The notes beneath the pieces are model-generated. The model was given only the letters and a program-made list of their open reading frames with translations, was not told the origin of the DNA and searched no databases. From Alphaproteobacteria bacterium (GTDB lineage: Bacteria > Pseudomonadota > Alphaproteobacteria > MPNO01): a stretch of DNA of 64,000 nucleotides. The stretch spans positions 560,622 through 624,621 of the forward strand of contig OY730228.1 in assembly GCA_963422565.1 (NCBI GenBank), given 5' to 3'. The position numbers and the translations under genes were made by a program. Positions 26,340 through 35,887 of this stretch are shown in pieces; position 1 is the first letter of the stretch, and the number at the start of each line of letters is the position of its first letter.

Positions 26340-27296
26340 TCAGACGACCCGGAGCAGATGGATGCTGAACAGCGCCCGCCGGTCGGTCCAGGCCGCGAGC
26401 GCTTCGTAGCCCGCCTCGGCCGCCATGCCGCGAAACTCGGCCACGGTGAACTTGTAGGAATTCTCCGTGTGGATCGTCTCGCCCTCCTCGAAGTCGAAGG
26501 CGCGGCCGTCGAGGCGAACCGTCTGGGCGCGCGCGCTGACCAGATGCATCTCGACCCGCCCAAGATCGCGGTTGTAGACGGCATCATGGTTGAAGGAAGA
26601 GAGATCGAAATCGCCGTCGAGCTCGCGGTTGATGCGCGCGAGCAGGTTCATGTTGAAGGCCGCGGTAACCCCATCGCCGTCATTATAGGCGGGAAGGAGG
26701 ACGCTCTCGTCCTTCTTCAGGTCGACTCCGACGAGCATCATCGCCCCGGCACCGAGGGTACGGGCCGCGACCCGCAGGAAGCCGCGCGCTTCGGAGGGCG
26801 TGAGGTTCCCGATCGTCGAACCCGGAAAGAACCCTAGCCGCACGCCCTTTCCGCAACGGTCGCCGGTCTCCACGAGAGGCTCGCGGGTGTAGTCGGCACA
26901 GATCGCATCGACGGCGACATGCGGAAACGCCGCCGCCACCTCGCCCGCCGCTTCGAGCAGATGCTGACGCGATATGTCGATCGCCGTATAGGCGAGCGGG
27001 CGGCGGAGCGACGAGAGGAGAATCCGAATCTTGGTGCTGGCGCCGGTTCCAAACTCGATGACGTGACAATTCTCTCCGGCGGCAGCGGCGATTTCGGGGC
27101 CGTGCCGCTCAAGAAGACCGACCTCCGTTCGGGTGGGATAATATTCGTCCAACTCGCAGATCCGGTCGAACAGCTCGGACCCGGCTCTGTCATAGAAGAA
27201 CTTGCAGGGAAGGGTCTTGGGCGCCCGTTGGAGCCCGGCGACAACGGCTGTCCTGAAATCCTCGACTTCCGGCCCGTCGTCGCGGAAACTGAGCAT
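26340..27296 (-). CDS. egtD: L-histidine N-alpha-methyltransferase (ergothioneine biosynthesis)
   Basis: PKTLPCKFFYD..GSELFDRICELDEYYPTRTE, FFPGSTIGN, GVDLKKD, AYND..GVTAAFN, IHTENSYKF. Confidence 0.95.
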   Translation of the reverse strand: MLSFRDDGPEVEDFRTAVVAGLQRAPKTLPCKFFYDRAGSELFDRICELDEYYPTRTEVGLLERHGPEIAAAAGENCHVIEFGTGASTKIRILLSSLRRPLAYTAIDISRQHLLEAAGEVAAAFPHVAVDAICADYTREPLVETGDRCGKGVRLGFFPGSTIGNLTPSEARGFLRVAARTLGAGAMMLVGVDLKKDESVLLPAYNDGDGVTAAFNMNLLARINRELDGDFDLSSFNHDAVYNRDLGRVEMHLVSARAQTVRLDGRAFDFEEGETIHTENSYKFTVAEFRGMAAEAGYEALAAWTDRRALFSIHLLRVV

Positions 27297-27635
27297 CGGC
27301 TCCGATCGGCCTTGCAAGGAAACGCTCCGAACGCCGCGCGAACGCCCCTCGGGGCGGGGCGGGTTGGACGCGCAAGCTAACCGGCACCGCTCCATCGCGC
27401 AACCGGCCGTCCCGGGACGCAACAATTCTCATTTCGGCGTCCCGCCGGTCGTGGCCCCCAAGAGCCGCCCATGTCGAGAACCCGGCGAGAGCTCGACATG
27501 CGCGTCGAGGCGTTCGGCCATGAGCCCGTCGAAACGGTTGTCGCCGGTGGACGCCAGCATCCCGATCGCTAAGGTGGTCCCGGAAAAGTTGTCCGGCGAG
27601 GCAGGGCTGCCTCAGAGAGACGAGGAACGCGGCGG

Positions 27636-28433
27636 ATGATCGAGCTCTATCACAACGCGATGTCCACATGCGCGCAGAAGATTCGCCTGGCGCTCGCCGA
27701 GAAGGCGCTGGACTGGGTCGGACATCATCTCGATCTGCGCGCCGGCGACCAGCAGGCGCCCGCCTATCTCGCGCTCAATCCCCGCGGCGTGGTCCCGACC
27801 CTGATCGACGACGGGCGGGTCGTCCGCGAATCGAATGTCATCCTCGAATATCTCGACGACGTCTGGCCGGATCCGCCGCTGCGGCCCGCCGACGCCTATC
27901 GCCGGGCTCGGGTTCGGCTCTGGAACAAACGGCTCGACGAAGGCCATCACGACCTCGCGACGGCGACGCTCAGCATGGGCGTCGCCTTCCGCTACCAGTA
28001 TCTGGAGAAGGGGCGGGACGTCTGGGAGGCGCTTGTCGAGAAAATTCCCGATCCGATCAAGCGCGCCCGGCGACGCGCCTTGATCGACGAAGGCCTCGAC
28101 GCCGAGATATTCCGAGTGGCGATCGGCATGTGGGCGCGGCTGCTCGACGATATGGAGGCGGCGTTGGGCGCGGACGCGTGGTTGGCCGGGCCGGAATACG
28201 GCATCGCCGACATCGCCTATACCCCATATCTGACCCGCCTCGAACATTTGAACCTGACGGCTCTTCTCGACCGCCGCCCCAATATCGCGGCATGGTACGG
28301 TCGGGTGAAAGACCGCGCGAGCTACGGAACCGCGATCGGCGAATGGAACGACCCCGAATATCTCTCTCTGATGGCGGCCAAAGGCGAGGAGGCCTGGCCG
28401 AAGATCGCGGCGATGATCGACGGCTCGCGGTAG
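27636..28433 (+). CDS. Glutathione S-transferase family protein
   Basis: LYHNAMSTCAQKIRLAL, LNPRGVVPTL, ESNVILEYLDD, ADIAYTPYL. Confidence 0.92.
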   Translation: MIELYHNAMSTCAQKIRLALAEKALDWVGHHLDLRAGDQQAPAYLALNPRGVVPTLIDDGRVVRESNVILEYLDDVWPDPPLRPADAYRRARVRLWNKRLDEGHHDLATATLSMGVAFRYQYLEKGRDVWEALVEKIPDPIKRARRRALIDEGLDAEIFRVAIGMWARLLDDMEAALGADAWLAGPEYGIADIAYTPYLTRLEHLNLTALLDRRPNIAAWYGRVKDRASYGTAIGEWNDPEYLSLMAAKGEEAWPKIAAMIDGSR

Positions 28434-28472
28434 GCCGGAACGATCCGGCGCCGGCCGGTCGGGAGTCCGTCG

Positions 28473-28549
28473 TGGCGCGCCCGGCAGGATTCGAACCTGC
28501 GACCCGCGGATTAGAAGTCCGCCGCTCTATCCAGCTGAGCTACGGGCGC
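28473..28549 (-). tRNA. tRNA-Arg(TCT)
   Basis: GCGCCCGTAGCTCAGCTGGATAGAGCGGCGGACTTCTAATCCGC...GGTTCGAATCC...GCGCCA; cloverleaf with encoded CCA. Confidence 0.95.
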
Positions 28550-28667
28550 TACGCCGCGTCCATGCGAACGACTTCTACACCAACCCATCCGACGCCGCAT
28601 CGGCCGGGCTCGTCCGGAACGGCCGACGAACGCGCCACCGGGGGGGTCCGGACACCGGGCGACCGCC

Positions 28668-28976
28668 TCAATGGGTCCAGCTCATGGTCCGAGTGTAGCT
28701 GAAATTGTCGGCATAGGCCTTCGGGAGGATTTTCCTTTCGCGCCCGGAATGGATCTCGAACGACAATCCGTGGTGCTCGGCGAAGGCGACCGCGTCCTCG
28801 CCGGTCGGGAATTCGAGCCTGATCTGACCCCTAGTGTCGCCGCGCCCGGCCCATCCCATCAGAGAGTCCCGCCGCTGCGCGAGGGTAGCAGAAAATTCCA
28901 GGACCCAGAGGTTGCACCGCGCCCGACCCGACTGCATCGCGGTCTTGGCCGGCCGATAGATGCTGACATCGCTCAC
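28668..28976 (-). CDS. ETC complex I subunit conserved-region protein (NDUFS4-like)
   Basis: IYRPAKTAMQSG, LMGWAGRGDT..Q..LEF, KAYADNF. Confidence 0.92.
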   Translation of the reverse strand: MSDVSIYRPAKTAMQSGRARCNLWVLEFSATLAQRRDSLMGWAGRGDTRGQIRLEFPTGEDAVAFAEHHGLSFEIHSGRERKILPKAYADNFSYTRTMSWTH

Positions 28977-29069
28977 TGGCGTCTCTCCGGTCGTCGGGCC
29001 GCGCCACCAAGCATCGACGACCGACGGCGTCCCCGGCCGGAAACCGGCACGGGCTGCCGGAGGCAAAGG

Positions 29070-29147
29070 TGGCGGGAGTGACGGGACTCGAACCCGCGGC
29101 CTCTGGCGTGACAGGCCAGCGCTCTAAACCGACTGAGCTACACCCCC
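29070..29147 (-). tRNA. tRNA-Asp(GTC)
   Basis: GGGGGTGTAGCTCAGTCGGTTTAGAGCGCTGGCCTGTCACGCCAG...GGTTCGAGTCC...CGCCA. Confidence 0.95.
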
Positions 29148-29165
29148 TCGCGACGGAAGCCCATC

Positions 29166-29195
29166 ATGTAGAACGGTCCGGCTCGGGGAGTCAAC
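29166..29195 (-). promoter_or_regulatory. Possible sigma70 promoter for tRNA-Asp
   Basis: GTTGAC-N18-CTACAT, close to the alphaproteobacterial CTTGAC-N17-CTATAT consensus. Confidence 0.4.
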
Positions 29196-29217
29196 GCTCC
29201 GCGCTGCCGCCGAGCCG

Positions 29218-29293
29218 TGGTGGGCGGTGACGGGATCGAACCGCCGGCCTCCACGGTGTAAACGTGGCGCTCTACCTGCTGAGCTAACCGCCC
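29218..29293 (-). tRNA. tRNA-Val(TAC)
   Basis: GGGCGGTTAGCTCAGCAGGTAGAGCGCCACGTTTACACCGTGG...GGTTCGATCC...CACCA. Confidence 0.95.
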
Positions 29294-29325
29294 CGGTGAA
29301 AAGTCGTCCGGCGGAAGCCTCCGGT

Positions 29326-29610
29326 TCAGGCGGAACCCCCGTTCACGGCGTCTCTCAACCCTTTGCCGACTTTGAACCTGGGTTGCACGCTGGCTCCGAT
29401 CTCGATCGACTCGCCGGTCTTGGGGTTCCGCCCGGTCCGCGCCGGCCGCGTCGAGACGCTGAAGGTCCCGAACCCGAGCAACCTGACGTCTTCGCCCTTT
29501 TTGAGCGTTTCGGTGATGCTGGCGAAGACCGCATCGACCGCCTTCGCCGAATCGGTCCTGGAGATACCGGTGCTCGCCGCCACGCTGGCAACCAGATCGT
29601 TCTTTTTCAT
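29326..29610 (-). CDS. hupB: DNA-binding protein HU
   Basis: MKKNDLVASVA...VRLLGFGTF...ARTGRNPKTGE...PRFKVGKGLRDAVN; follows lon. Confidence 0.96.
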   Translation of the reverse strand: MKKNDLVASVAASTGISRTDSAKAVDAVFASITETLKKGEDVRLLGFGTFSVSTRPARTGRNPKTGESIEIGASVQPRFKVGKGLRDAVNGGSA

Positions 29611-29749
29611 ACAACGCCCTCCCTGCAATCACGGATCATAGCCCCGCCCACGCGCGACGCGCATGGCCGCCCATGCTGCTAAACGGAATCCACGAATCGG
29701 TCAGGTCCGCAGAATCGAACGCGTGGCGGCGCGAGCCCCCCCCAAGAGC

Positions 29750-32146
29750 TCAATGCGTCACCACCTCGCCGATCGCACCCTCTCCCTGCGCCACCGGAAC
29801 GCTCCCGACATCTTCCGGTTCCCATTCGATGGGCACGGGACGACCGGTCAGCGCCTGCTCCAGTACCTCGTCCACCGACGAGACCGCGATGATCCGGACG
29901 TTCCGCTTGACGCTGTCGGGGATCTCGGCGAGATCCTTTTCGTTGTCCTTCGGGATGAGCACTTCGGTCAGGCCGCCGCGAAGCGCCGCCATGAGCTTCT
30001 CCTTGAGGCCGCCGATCTGCAGCACGCGACCGCGCAGCGTCACCTCGCCGGTCATCGCGACCTGGCGGCGAACGGGGATCCCGGTCAGCGCCGAGACGAT
30101 CGAGGTGCACATCGCCACGCCGGCCGACGGGCCGTCCTTCGGCGTCGAACCTTCCGGAACGTGAACATGGATGTCCCGCTTCTCGAACACGGTCGGGTTG
30201 ATGCCGAACATCGGGCTGCGCGAACGGACATAGCTCCGTGCGGCCTGGACCGATTCCCGCATGACGTCGCCAAGCTTGCCGGTATGAGCGATGGTCCCCT
30301 TGCCGGGCAGGGTCACCGCCTCGATCGACAACAGCTCGCCGCCGACCTCCGTCCAGGCGAGGCCGGTGGTGACGCCCACGAGGTCCTCTTCCTCGACCTC
30401 GCCGAAACGGTAGCGCGGTACCCCGGAATAGGTCTTGAGGTTGCGGCGGGTCACGCGGACCCTCTTGGGCTTGCTCGTCAGCACCTCCTTCACCGCCTTG
30501 CGCGCGAGATTCGCCAGCTCCCGCTCCAGGTTACGCACCCCAGCCTCACGGGTGTAAAGGCGGACGAGCTCGCGAAGCGCTTCGTCGGAGATCGACCATT
30601 CGTCCGGTTTCAGCCCATGTGCCTTGAGCTGCTTGGAGATCAGGTGCCGTTTGGCGATCTCGACCTTCTCGTCCTCGGTGTAGCCGGCGAGCCGGATGAT
30701 TTCCATCCGGTCCATCAACGGTTGGGGCATCCTCAGCGTGTTCGCTGTGGTGATGAAGAGCACATCCGACAGATCGTAATCGACCTCCAGATAGTGATCG
30801 TTGAACGAATTGTTCTGCTCGGGGTCGAGCGCTTCGAGCAGGGCGGAGGACGGGTCGCCGCGCCAGTCGGCGCCGAGCTTGTCCACCTCGTCCAGCAGGA
30901 ACAGCGGGTTCGAGCTCTTGGCCTTCTTCATTCCCTGGACGATCTTGCCCGGCATCGAACCGATATAGGTGCGGCGGTGACCGCGGATTTCCGCCTCGTC
31001 GCGCACCCCGCCCAGAGACATCCGCACGAAGTTCCGGCCCGTCGCCCGCGCGATCGACTTGCCGAGCGAGGTCTTGCCGACTCCCGGCGGACCGACCAGG
31101 CACAGGATCGGGCCGCGCAGCTTGCGCACGCGCTGCTGCACCGCCAGATATTCGACGATCCGTTCCTTGACCTTGTCCAGCCCGTAATGGTCCTGATCGA
31201 GGACCTTCTGCGCGTAATCGAGGTCGCGCCGTACCTTCGAGCGCTTCTTCCACGGGATGGCGAGCAGCCAGTCCAGATAGTTGCGCACGACCGTCGCCTC
31301 GGCCGACATCGGGCTCATCGAGCGCAGCTTCTTGAGCTCCTGTCGCGCCTTCTCCCGCGCCTCCTTGCTGAGCTTGGTCTTGTTGATGCGCTCCTCGATC
31401 TCGCCGGCCTCGTCGCGTCCTTCCTCGGACTCGCCGAGCTCCTTCTGAATCGCCTTGAGCTGCTCGTTCAGATAGTACTCGCGCTGGGTCTTCTCCATCT
31501 GCCGCTTGACGCGGCCGCGGATGCGCTTCTCGACCTGAAGGACGCCGATCTCGGCCTCCATGAAGGAGTAGGCGCGCTCCAGACGCTCACCGACCGAGAT
31601 CGTTTCGAGCAGCTCCTGCTTCTCGGACATTTTCAGCGCAAGATGCGAGGCGACGGTGTCCGCCAGCTTGCTCTCGTCATCGATTTGATTGAGAGAAACA
31701 AGGACTTCCGGAGGAATTTTCTTGTTTAGCTTGATATATTGCTCGAATTGGGAGATCACCGAGCGCGCCAGCGCCTCGATATCCTTCTCGCCGGCGGCTT
31801 CGTCCTCGACCGGGCTCGCCTCGGCCTGGAAATAGGTCTCCGTGCGGGTGAAACGGGCGATACGCGCCCGGCGCATCCCCTCGACGAGGACCTTGACCGT
31901 GCCGTCGGGAAGCTTCAGGAGCTGCAGCACGGTTCCCACGGTTCCCATCGCATGGATGTCGTCCGGCCCCGGATCGTCCTGGCTGGCGTTCCGCTGCGCG
32001 ACAAGGAGGATCTGCTTGTCGTCGTTCATCACGTCCTCGAGCGCACGCACCGACTTCTCGCGCCCGACGAACAGCGGAACGATCATGTGCGGGAAGACGA
32101 CGATGTCCCGCAGCGGGAGAACTGGAAGCAGGGAATCCGACGACAT
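29750..32146 (-). CDS. lon: Lon protease
   Basis: [30 protein letters not shown] (catalytic Ser), IGGLKEK. Confidence 0.99.
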   Translation of the reverse strand: MSSDSLLPVLPLRDIVVFPHMIVPLFVGREKSVRALEDVMNDDKQILLVAQRNASQDDPGPDDIHAMGTVGTVLQLLKLPDGTVKVLVEGMRRARIARFTRTETYFQAEASPVEDEAAGEKDIEALARSVISQFEQYIKLNKKIPPEVLVSLNQIDDESKLADTVASHLALKMSEKQELLETISVGERLERAYSFMEAEIGVLQVEKRIRGRVKRQMEKTQREYYLNEQLKAIQKELGESEEGRDEAGEIEERINKTKLSKEAREKARQELKKLRSMSPMSAEATVVRNYLDWLLAIPWKKRSKVRRDLDYAQKVLDQDHYGLDKVKERIVEYLAVQQRVRKLRGPILCLVGPPGVGKTSLGKSIARATGRNFVRMSLGGVRDEAEIRGHRRTYIGSMPGKIVQGMKKAKSSNPLFLLDEVDKLGADWRGDPSSALLEALDPEQNNSFNDHYLEVDYDLSDVLFITTANTLRMPQPLMDRMEIIRLAGYTEDEKVEIAKRHLISKQLKAHGLKPDEWSISDEALRELVRLYTREAGVRNLERELANLARKAVKEVLTSKPKRVRVTRRNLKTYSGVPRYRFGEVEEEDLVGVTTGLAWTEVGGELLSIEAVTLPGKGTIAHTGKLGDVMRESVQAARSYVRSRSPMFGINPTVFEKRDIHVHVPEGSTPKDGPSAGVAMCTSIVSALTGIPVRRQVAMTGEVTLRGRVLQIGGLKEKLMAALRGGLTEVLIPKDNEKDLAEIPDSVKRNVRIIAVSSVDEVLEQALTGRPVPIEWEPEDVGSVPVAQGEGAIGEVVTH

Positions 32147-32260
32147 GTCAAGCAACGCCTCCGAACATGCGGTGTCCGGTATCGGACCGGCCGTTGTCTA
32201 CGGCCTCGCCGCGCCATCCTAACATGGACTCGCCGTGCGAAACTTCAAGCCCGAGCCCCT

Positions 32261-33526
32261 CTAAGCGGTCGAGCCGCTCTCCTCCCGGCGATCGGCATAG
32301 ATGAACAGCGGCTTCGCCCGGCCATCCACGACCTCGCGGTTGACCGCGATCTCCTCGACATCCTCGAGCCCCGGCAGATCGAACATGGTCTCGAGGAGAA
32401 TCCCCTCGAGGATCGAGCGCAGACCGCGCGCGCCGGTTTTGCGGCTGATCGCCCTGACCGCCACCGCGCGCAGCGCGTCGTCGGTCAGGTTGAGCTTCAC
32501 GTCCTCCATCTCGAACAGACGGCCGTACTGCTTGACGAGCGCGTTCTTGGGAAGGGTCAGGATCTGGACCAGCGCGTCCTCGTCGAGGTCTTCGAGGGTG
32601 GCGACGACCGGGAGCCGGCCGACGAATTCGGGAATCAGGCCGAAGCGGAGAAGGTCCTCCGGCTCCACGCCGCGCAGCACCTCGCCGGTCGCCCGGTCGT
32701 CGGGGCTGCGCACGTCCGCACCGAACCCGATCGAGGTGCCCTGCCCCCGATCGGAGATGATCTTCTCCAGCCCGGAGAAGGCGCCGCCGCAGACGAAGAG
32801 GATATTGGTGGTATCGACCTGGAGGAACTCCTGCTGCGGATGCTTGCGGCCGCCCTGAGGCGGCACCGAAGCGACGGTACCCTCCATGATCTTGAGCAGC
32901 GCTTGCTGGACGCCCTCGCCCGAGACGTCGCGGGTGATCGACGGGTTGTCGGACTTGCGGGAGATCTTATCCACCTCGTCGATATAGACGATCCCGCGCT
33001 GCGCGCGTTCGACATTGTAATCGGCGGCCTGAAGCAGCTTCAGAATGATGTTCTCGACATCCTCGCCGACATATCCCGCTTCGGTCAGCGTCGTCGCATC
33101 CGCCATGGTGAACGGTACGTCGAGGATACGGGCGAGCGTCTGGGCGAGCAACGTCTTGCCGCAGCCGGTCGGGCCGACCAGCAGAATGTTGGATTTCGCG
33201 ATCTCGATATCGGCGCCTTTGGCGCCTTGCGCCAAGCGCTTATAGTGGTTGTGAACAGCCACCGACAGAACGCGCTTGGCATGGTCCTGACCGATCACGT
33301 AATCGTCGAGAACGGAGCAGATCTCACGCGGGGTGGCCACGCCGTCACGCGACTTGACGAGCGTCGTCTTCGACTCTTCACGGATAATGTCCATGCAGAG
33401 CTCGACGCATTCATCGCAGATAAACACCGTGGGACCTGCGATCAACTTGCGCACTTCCTGCTGGCTCTTTCCGCAGAAAGAACAATAGAGCACATTCTTT
33501 GAATTGCCGCCGCCCGACCTCTTCAT
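32261..33526 (-). CDS. clpX: ClpX ATPase
   Basis: CSFCGK zinc finger, [27 protein letters not shown]. Confidence 0.99.
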   Translation of the reverse strand: MKRSGGGNSKNVLYCSFCGKSQQEVRKLIAGPTVFICDECVELCMDIIREESKTTLVKSRDGVATPREICSVLDDYVIGQDHAKRVLSVAVHNHYKRLAQGAKGADIEIAKSNILLVGPTGCGKTLLAQTLARILDVPFTMADATTLTEAGYVGEDVENIILKLLQAADYNVERAQRGIVYIDEVDKISRKSDNPSITRDVSGEGVQQALLKIMEGTVASVPPQGGRKHPQQEFLQVDTTNILFVCGGAFSGLEKIISDRGQGTSIGFGADVRSPDDRATGEVLRGVEPEDLLRFGLIPEFVGRLPVVATLEDLDEDALVQILTLPKNALVKQYGRLFEMEDVKLNLTDDALRAVAVRAISRKTGARGLRSILEGILLETMFDLPGLEDVEEIAVNREVVDGRAKPLFIYADRREESGSTA

Positions 33527-33610
33527 AAGAACCTCGCGGGTCGCACCCTGTAGCCTGCAATGCTAGCCGACGCGCCGGGGGGCGTCCATCGGCAATCCCC
33601 GGGCCCGAGT

Positions 33611-34249
33611 TCAGCCGCCGGCCGCCGGCGTCTCGGGCGCCGGCCGGCTGGAGACCACCTCGTCGATCAGCCCGAACTCCCTCGCCTCCTCGGGCGACAG
33701 AAACTTGTCGCGATCCATCGCCCCCTCGATCACGTCTATGCCCTGCCCGGTATGCCGGACATAGATATCGTTGAGCCGCGACCGCAGCGCCAGAATCTCC
33801 CGCGCATGGATCTCTATGTCGGCGGCCTGGCCCTGGAAGCCGCCCGAGGGCTGGTGGATCATCAACCGCGAGTGCGGCAGCGAATAGCGCTTCCCGGCGG
33901 CGCCCGCCGCCAACAGCAGGGAACCCATCGAAGCGGCCTGGCCGATGCAGACCGTGGACAGTTCCGGGCGGATATACTGCATAGTATCGTAGATCGCGAG
34001 CCCGGCCGTTACCAGCCCGCCCGGCGAATTGATGTAGAAGGCGATGTCCTTGGTCGGGTTCTCCGATTCGAGATAGAGAAGCTGGGCGCAGACCAGCGAG
34101 GCGACGATGTCGTCGACGGGGCCGATCAGGAATATGATTCGCTCCTTGAGCAGCCGGGAATAGATGTCGTAGGCGCGCTCGCCCCGATTCGTCTGCTCGA
34201 CCACCATCGGAACGAGATTGTTCATGCGTATGTCGTGGCGGGTCTGCAT
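33611..34249 (-). CDS. clpP: ClpP protease subunit
   Basis: [40 protein letters not shown]. Confidence 0.98.
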   Translation of the reverse strand: MQTRHDIRMNNLVPMVVEQTNRGERAYDIYSRLLKERIIFLIGPVDDIVASLVCAQLLYLESENPTKDIAFYINSPGGLVTAGLAIYDTMQYIRPELSTVCIGQAASMGSLLLAAGAAGKRYSLPHSRLMIHQPSGGFQGQAADIEIHAREILALRSRLNDIYVRHTGQGIDVIEGAMDRDKFLSPEEAREFGLIDEVVSSRPAPETPAAGG

Positions 34250-34293
34250 CGGCCTCGCTTCCTCGTCTCGATCGGCCCGACGGCGGACCACGC

Positions 34294-35625
34294 TCAGCCG
34301 CTGCCAGCGGTCTCGGGGAGGATCAGATCCTTCGGCCCGGCCTGACGCTCCGTCACCCGCGCCAGCTCGACGATGAAGTCGACGACCTTGTCCTCCAGGA
34401 TCGGCGCCTGAAGCTCCATGACCGCAGCGGGGTTGTTTCTATAATATTCGGCGACCTTCTGCTCCTGGCCGGGGAATCGGAACGCTTGGGCGGTGACGGC
34501 GCGCTGCAGCTCGTCCTCGCCGACCCGGATTTCGTTGAGCCTGCCGATTTCCGACAACAACAGTCCGAGCCGGACACGCCGCTCGGCGATCCCGCGATAT
34601 CGGGCCTTGAGCTCGTCTTCGGTGAGACCCTTGTCCTCGTCGCCGAGCCGATCCCCCGCGATCAGCTCCTCGACCCGCTTCCAGAGCCCGTCGAACTCGC
34701 TCTCGACCATCGTCGGCGGCAGCTCGAAGTCGTAGATCCCGGCCAGCTTGTCGAGCAGGTTCCGCTTCAGCAGCGTCTTGGACATCTCGGCATATTCGCG
34801 GGCGATCCGCTCCTTGATCGAAGCCTGGAGGGCCGCGAGGTCCGGAGAGCCCAGCCCAGCCGCGAACTCATCGTCGATCTCGGGCGCGGCGGCGGCCTCT
34901 ATCGCCTTGACCAAAACTTCGAATGATGCGGTCCTGCCCTTCAGATGTTCCGCCGGATAGTCGTCGGGAAACGTGACCTCCACCGTCTTTTCGCCGCCCG
35001 AGGCAACGCCGATCAACTGTTCGTCGAAGCCCGCGACCAAAACCCCCGCGCCGAGATCGAGCACGAAGTCCTCGGCGGTTCCCCCTGGAAACTCCTCGCC
35101 GTCGATCCTGCCCTTGAAATCGACTCGGAGCCGATCGCCCTCGACCGCGCCGCGGCCGTCGGCGACCGCCGTGTAGACCGTGCGCTGCCGGGCGAGGCGG
35201 GCGACCGCCTCGGAGACCGCCTCTTCGGAAGGCTCGACGACCAGACGCTCGAGCTCGAGATCGGAGAAATCGATCGGCTCGATGTCCGGCATCAGCTCGA
35301 CCGCGAGGGTGTATTCCAGATCCTCCCCATCGGCGAAGTTCACGTCGTCGATCCTCGGCTGGAGCGCCGGGCGCACCCCTTCCCCGTCGATCGCCTCCCG
35401 GGTCGAATCCTGGAGGGCGGCCTCGAGGACCTCGCCCCGCACGGCGTCCCCGAAACGCTTCTTCAGCAGAAGGAACGGCGCCCGGCCGGGGCGGAAACCG
35501 GGGATCGAGACCGTGCGGCGGAGTTCGTCCAGCCGACCGGTCACCTTCCCTTCGATGTCCGGTCCGGGAACGCTGATCCGATACTCGCGCTTCAGCCCCT
35601 CGGCATGTGTCTGGGTGACTTGCAT
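34294..35625 (-). CDS. tig: Trigger factor
   Basis: [10 protein letters not shown] ribosome-binding motif, FKBP domain, RRVRLGLLL. Confidence 0.97.
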   Translation of the reverse strand: MQVTQTHAEGLKREYRISVPGPDIEGKVTGRLDELRRTVSIPGFRPGRAPFLLLKKRFGDAVRGEVLEAALQDSTREAIDGEGVRPALQPRIDDVNFADGEDLEYTLAVELMPDIEPIDFSDLELERLVVEPSEEAVSEAVARLARQRTVYTAVADGRGAVEGDRLRVDFKGRIDGEEFPGGTAEDFVLDLGAGVLVAGFDEQLIGVASGGEKTVEVTFPDDYPAEHLKGRTASFEVLVKAIEAAAAPEIDDEFAAGLGSPDLAALQASIKERIAREYAEMSKTLLKRNLLDKLAGIYDFELPPTMVESEFDGLWKRVEELIAGDRLGDEDKGLTEDELKARYRGIAERRVRLGLLLSEIGRLNEIRVGEDELQRAVTAQAFRFPGQEQKVAEYYRNNPAAVMELQAPILEDKVVDFIVELARVTERQAGPKDLILPETAGSG

Positions 35626-35658
35626 GCGGTTCTCGTCGTTGCGGTGAACCCGGCCCGG

Positions 35659-35743
35659 TGGTGCGGGCGGAGGGATTCGAACCCCCACGGCTTGCGCCAC
35701 CAGATCCTAAGTCTGGCGTGTCTACCATTTCCACCACGCCCGC
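35659..35743 (-). tRNA. tRNA-Leu(TAG)
   Basis: GCGGGCGTGGTGGAAATGGTAGACACGCCAGACTTAGGATCTGG, long variable arm, GGTTCGAATCC...CACCA. Confidence 0.96.
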
Positions 35744-35834
35744 CGATCACGGGCCTGCGACGGTCGTCGTCGCCCTTCCCGAACGGCGCGCGGCCGAAAC
35801 GGTCGGGCATGTTCCCCCGCGGCAGCGGCGCACA

Positions 35835-35863
35835 CATATAGTTGCCGTAGACGCGGCGGGCAA
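35835..35863 (-). promoter_or_regulatory. Sigma70-like promoter for tRNA-Leu/tig
   Basis: TTGCCC-N17-TATATG on the minus strand. Confidence 0.45.
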
Positions 35864-35887
35864 GGCCGGAAGGGAAAGGGGAAGGAT

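Noticed and set aside
27450-27560. AraC-like C-terminal phrase (FRRAHGRTPRR) in ORF 27190..27669
   Set aside because: No upstream HTH similarity and the ORF overlaps egtD and the GST; probably chance.
29138-29682. ORFs overlapping tRNA-Val and HU
   Set aside because: They are explained by the tRNA and hupB genes and show no independent coding signal.
28473-35743. Integrative element or att sites at tRNA-Arg, -Asp, -Val or -Leu
   Set aside because: No integrase and no duplicated tRNA 3' ends were seen, and the flanking genes are in conserved housekeeping order.
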